From the NCBI GenBank assembly GCA_964467045.1, contig CAYXOH010000001.1, positions 4,850-55,010 of the forward strand: 50,161 bases of DNA. The letters run 5' to 3'. Positions 47,182 through 50,161 of the stretch are shown in pieces. Positions within the stretch are counted from its first letter, which is position 1. Each line of letters opens with the position of its first letter. This stretch comes from an uncultured Candidatus Saccharibacteria bacterium. GTDB taxonomy: Bacteria > Patescibacteriota > Minisyncoccia > Minisyncoccales > RBG-13-42-11. Position numbers and translations under genes: made by a program. Under the pieces are notes generated by a model. It searched no databases and had not been told where the DNA came from. It worked only from the letters and a program-made list of their open reading frames with translations.

Positions 47182-48781
47182 GGATGTCCAAAAAATCATT
47201 ATCCAAGAATTAATCAAAACCAAAGCAAAGACTTTGGAGGATTTAGCTAAGGTTAAAAGATGGGCGGCTAAAAAATATAAAACCCCTTGCTCCAGTAATA
47301 TTATTCTACTAAAAACTTACCACGAATTAGTCAAAAATAAAAAGGTAAAAAAATCCTCCATTATTGAAACCTTACTCAGAACCAGACCTATCCGTTCTCT
47401 TTCCGGCATTGTTAATATTTCAGTCTTAACTAAACCTTATCCTTGTCCTGGTAAATGTTTATATTGCCCCCTGGAAAAAGGCATTCCTAAAAGTTATTTA
47501 TCAGGAGAACCTGCAGTAGAAAGGGCTAAAAAACTAAATTACAATCCCTATTTACAAGTTGAAAAGAGAATTGAAATGCTGGAAGCTACAGGCCACCCCA
47601 CAGATAAAATTGAATTAAGAATTGTTGGTGGAACTTGGTCCTGTTACCCAAAAGATTACCAGAGTCAATTTATAAAGAAATGTTTTGATGCTTGTGATAA
47701 GAAGATTGGTAAAACTCTGAAGGAATCTCAAAGATTGAATGAAAAAGCAAAACACAGAATAATTGGTTTATCAATTGAAACAAGGCCAGATTTTATTAAT
47801 CCAACCGAAATCAAAAGGTTAAGGAATTTTGGCGTAACCATGGTAGAGTTGGGAGTTCAATCTATTTATGATGATGTTTTGAAATTAAATTTAAGAGGCC
47901 ACGGAGTCAAAAGAACAATTGTAGCCACAAAACTTTTAAAAGATACCGGTTTCAAAATCCTTTACCAAATGATGCCAAACCTTCCGGGTTCTAATTTAAA
48001 GGTCGCTGAGACAAAGTCTCATCTTCCGCCTCGCGCTACTTTGCAGCGCTCAGCAAGAGATGAAAAAATGTTTGAAGAATTATTTTCCAATCCTAATTTT
48101 CAGCCAGATTTATTAAAGATTTATCCTTGCGCCTTAGTAAAAGAAGCTCCTTTATATAAATGGTGGAAACAAGGAAAATACAAACCTTATACAGAAAAAC
48201 AATTAATAAGCTTAATAAAATCTATTAAACAGAAAATTCCTTATTATGTAAGAATTCAAAGAATAAGTAGAGATATTCCTTCCCCGGCCATTGTTGCAGG
48301 GGGTGCCAAAGTTTCTAACTTGCGTCAGATTCTACTTGGGAATATGAAAAGAGAGGGTTGGCAATGTAAATGTATCAGATGCAGAGAAGTAAAAGAAAAT
48401 TACGATCGGAAGGAAAAGGTTTACCTCTTTAGAATAAATTACATAGCTTCTGATGGAAAAGAAATATTCCTAAGTTTTGAAAATAAAAACAGAACAAAGA
48501 TTTTCAGTCTGCTCCGTCTTCGCATCACCTCTCAAAAAACAGCCATCATCAGAGAACTCCACACTTACGGCCAGCTCCAGCCAATAGCAGAGAAAGTTTC
48601 TGTTATTTCTCCTCAACACAAAGGATTAGGTAAAAGACTAATGAAAGAAGCAGAAAAAATAACCAAAAAAGAATTTGGTTTGAATAAAATTGCCGTAATT
48701 TCCGGCGTCGGAGCAAGAAATTATTATCGTAAACTAGGCTACAAACTAAAAAACACTTATATGACGAAAGTCCCTCTTTAA
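47180..48781 (+). CDS. elp3: Elp3-type radical-SAM / GNAT tRNA uridine(34) carboxymethyl-modification enzyme, with an element-derived insertion
   Basis: 533 aa. Radical-SAM cluster CPGKCLYCP, MPNLPGS, LKIYPC and C-terminal GNAT QHKGLGKRLMKEAE. The extra peptide LKVAETKSHLPPRATLQRSAR is encoded by the repeat. Confidence 0.9.
   Translation: MDVQKIIIQELIKTKAKTLEDLAKVKRWAAKKYKTPCSSNIILLKTYHELVKNKKVKKSSIIETLLRTRPIRSLSGIVNISVLTKPYPCPGKCLYCPLEKGIPKSYLSGEPAVERAKKLNYNPYLQVEKRIEMLEATGHPTDKIELRIVGGTWSCYPKDYQSQFIKKCFDACDKKIGKTLKESQRLNEKAKHRIIGLSIETRPDFINPTEIKRLRNFGVTMVELGVQSIYDDVLKLNLRGHGVKRTIVATKLLKDTGFKILYQMMPNLPGSNLKVAETKSHLPPRATLQRSARDEKMFEELFSNPNFQPDLLKIYPCALVKEAPLYKWWKQGKYKPYTEKQLISLIKSIKQKIPYYVRIQRISRDIPSPAIVAGGAKVSNLRQILLGNMKREGWQCKCIRCREVKENYDRKEKVYLFRINYIASDGKEIFLSFENKNRTKIFSLLRLRITSQKTAIIRELHTYGQLQPIAEKVSVISPQHKGLGKRLMKEAEKITKKEFGLNKIAVISGVGARNYYRKLGYKLKNTYMTKVPL
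48001..48057 (+). repeat. Two-hairpin element copy, in frame and sense inside elp3
   Basis: GGTCGCTGAGACAAAGTCTCATCTTCCGCCTCGCGCTACTTTGCAGCGCTCAGCAAG, with terminal inverted repeat GCTGAG/CTCAGC. Confidence 0.85.
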
Positions 48782-48794
48782 GATTTTCTTAATT

Positions 48795-49988
48795 TTAGAA
48801 AATCTCAGGCCGATAGCCGTCTAGACAGCGCAACCTTTTTTGAGCCTTAACTTTCTCTGAAATAGAAATGTTGCTTTTTTGAATTCCTTTTTCTAAAATT
48901 TCCAAAGTTTTATCATAGGTTTCTCTATCAACAGGAAAAGGAGTGCCGTCTTTCCCTCCAACGGAAAAAGTGTAACGAGCCGGGTCTTGATAAGAGGGTT
49001 TTGCTCCGTAAATTATTTCTGAAACCAAAGAAAGGGCTCTGATTGTCCTCGGACCTATACCCTTCAATGAAAGAAATTGTTCAAAGTTTTTTGGCTCTTC
49101 GGCCCGGGCTCCTGAAATTGTTTTCTCTAACCTTTTCAAATCAAATTTTTCTTCGACAACAGGATGCCAGTAGAATTCTTTGTCGTATAATTTCATTGTT
49201 GTCAGATTTTTTGATTTTTTAACGCGATGAAGTTTTCCGCTCTCGGGTTTGCCTTCATCTTTACTTTCGCTCGGCTTCGCCTCGCTTAGTGTTTGAATTA
49301 AATTTAAATCTTTTAAGAATTGCTTTGGCTCTTCTTTAACTAAACCGAGAGAAATTTCTCTGTTATTGTTGCTTTTTTTTGCGGTTAAATTAAGAGGTTT
49401 TGCCCTAGCTCCGGATATAATGCCTGAATGAGGTTCCTCGATAAAATCTTTAGCAGCGGAAGATAGCCAATGATAACGGCGAGCGGTCTGATTTTGCGTA
49501 TTCATTCCCTGCTGAACAACTACCCAGTTACCCGATTTAGTAAATAAAAAATTATGCTGATAAATCTGGTATTTATCCTGAATAAGAGCAGAATCAACTT
49601 TAGCGGCCATTTTTGAAGCGTAAATTAATTTCGAGGCGAAAGGAAATTGCCTAGAAATTCCGTAAGCAGTAATTTCTTCCGGGGTTTTTCTTGATTCTCT
49701 TTTGCCACCGCAAACATAAACTCCTAACTGGTCTTGTATTTCAAAAAGTCCGGCTTTCAGTGCCCCCAGGGTTGTCACCGTCAGGCCCGAGGAATTCCAA
49801 TCAAAACCCATAACACACCCCAAGCTCTGGAACCAAACCGGATCTGACAATCTCTTTAAAAATTCTTCCGGACCGAATTCTTCAACAATTGCCAGAGCAA
49901 CACCTCGGCCAAGCCTTTTCATTCTTTCAAAAAGCCATCTCGGACACCGCCCATAATCAAGAGGTACTGTAGCAATTCCTGTTCTCAT
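48795..49988 (-). CDS. DUF763 domain protein (HhH-containing), with an element-derived insertion
   Basis: 397 aa. ..PLDYGRCPRWLFERM.., LSDPVWFQSLGCVMGFDWNSSGLT and LKGIGPRTIRAL (HhH). The family call is from memory. Confidence 0.75.
   Translation of the reverse strand: MRTGIATVPLDYGRCPRWLFERMKRLGRGVALAIVEEFGPEEFLKRLSDPVWFQSLGCVMGFDWNSSGLTVTTLGALKAGLFEIQDQLGVYVCGGKRESRKTPEEITAYGISRQFPFASKLIYASKMAAKVDSALIQDKYQIYQHNFLFTKSGNWVVVQQGMNTQNQTARRYHWLSSAAKDFIEEPHSGIISGARAKPLNLTAKKSNNNREISLGLVKEEPKQFLKDLNLIQTLSEAKPSESKDEGKPESGKLHRVKKSKNLTTMKLYDKEFYWHPVVEEKFDLKRLEKTISGARAEEPKNFEQFLSLKGIGPRTIRALSLVSEIIYGAKPSYQDPARYTFSVGGKDGTPFPVDRETYDKTLEILEKGIQKSNISISEKVKAQKRLRCLDGYRPEIF
49223..49286 (+). repeat. Two-hairpin element copy inside the DUF763 gene, antisense to the gene, frame preserved
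   Basis: CGCGATGAAG-(20 nt)-CTTCATCTTTACTTTCGCTCGGCTTCGCCTCGCT. It encodes (antisense) LSEAKPSESKDEGKPESGKLHR. Confidence 0.75.
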
Positions 49989-50011
49989 ATACTGAGCTTT
50001 TATTTATAAAA

Positions 50012-50052
50012 GCGACAGTCGAAATGAAACTGAAGTTTCATTGAGTGTCGTC
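50012..50052 (+). repeat. Short sub-type element (GTCGAAATGAAACT-ga-AGTTTCATTGAG) flanked by GCGACA/TGTCGTC
   Basis: Same architecture as 16684-16719. Confidence 0.65.
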
Positions 50053-50071
50053 ATCACCTACTTTCATTTTA

Positions 50072-50099
50072 CAAAAAAACCACCTAAATAAATAGGTGG
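50072..50099 (-). terminator. Intrinsic terminator for a minus-strand transcript entering from the right window edge
   Basis: The minus strand reads CCACCTA-tttatt-TAGGTGG followed by TTTTTTTGT. Confidence 0.6.
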
Positions 50100-50106
50100 G
50101 AATTTA

Positions 50107-50161
50107 GGCTGTGGGCCCTGGACGATGTTAGAACCTGTCTAATTAGAAGTCTTCTGCCAGA
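50107..50161 (-). ncRNA. Possible 3' half of a small SRP (4.5S-like) RNA, truncated by the window edge
   Basis: The minus strand reads ..TCTGGCAGAAGAC...CATCGTCCAGGGCCCACAGCC. It resembles the E. coli 4.5S 3' strand (..AAGGCAGAUGAC...GCUGGCAGGGCCCCCACCC) and is GC-rich relative to its surroundings. A terminator follows immediately. One reading frame is also open, so a protein C-terminus is not excluded. Confidence 0.3.

Overview
This is a visibly AT-rich, very gene-dense chromosomal segment. The gene content and style suggest a small-genome Patescibacteria/CPR-like bacterium (inference only). It holds about 50 protein genes, mostly on the minus strand, many with overlapping or abutting stop/start codons and most without a Shine-Dalgarno sequence. 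Content is housekeeping: five aminoacyl-tRNA synthetases (leuS, metG, glyQS, ileS, argS); cell-wall precursor genes (GlmU-like, yvcK, murA, glmS); the smpB-ssrA-infC-rpmI-rplT string; and guaB, greA, recO, rsmI, ispH/ispG and iorAB. There are also archaeal-flavoured genes: Elp3, a Trm9-like methyltransferase, DUF763, endonuclease Q, PolX and RtcA. I see no transposase, integrase, prophage, CRISPR array or recognisable defence island. The unusual biology is at a smaller scale. (1) A family of roughly 50-65 nt two-hairpin elements (5'-GTCGATGA..TCATCTTC..GC-rich hairpin; tandem unit 56 nt) occurs at least 14 times. Five copies sit in frame inside conserved enzymes (RsmI, IleRS, Ogt, Elp3, DUF763). 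Two copies donate the stop codon of rpmI and rtcA, and three runs exactly fill intergenic spacers. This is Rickettsia-palindromic-element-like behaviour. (2) IleRS carries a complete histidine-phosphatase (PGAM-like) domain inserted in its catalytic body. (3) A complete tRNA-Arg(CCG) gene is nested where the anticodon loop of a second, otherwise complete Arg-type tRNA-like gene should be. (4) Heptanucleotide tandem arrays occur inside ileS and argS (same array, same frame) and across the NUDIX/ogt overlap. (5) There are several small regulatory oddities: a uORF repeating the first seven smpB codons, tmRNA abutting a non-AUG infC, a duplicated leaderless-promoter module with paralogous mini-ORFs, and Elp3/Trm9-like genes whose start codons overlap head to head.
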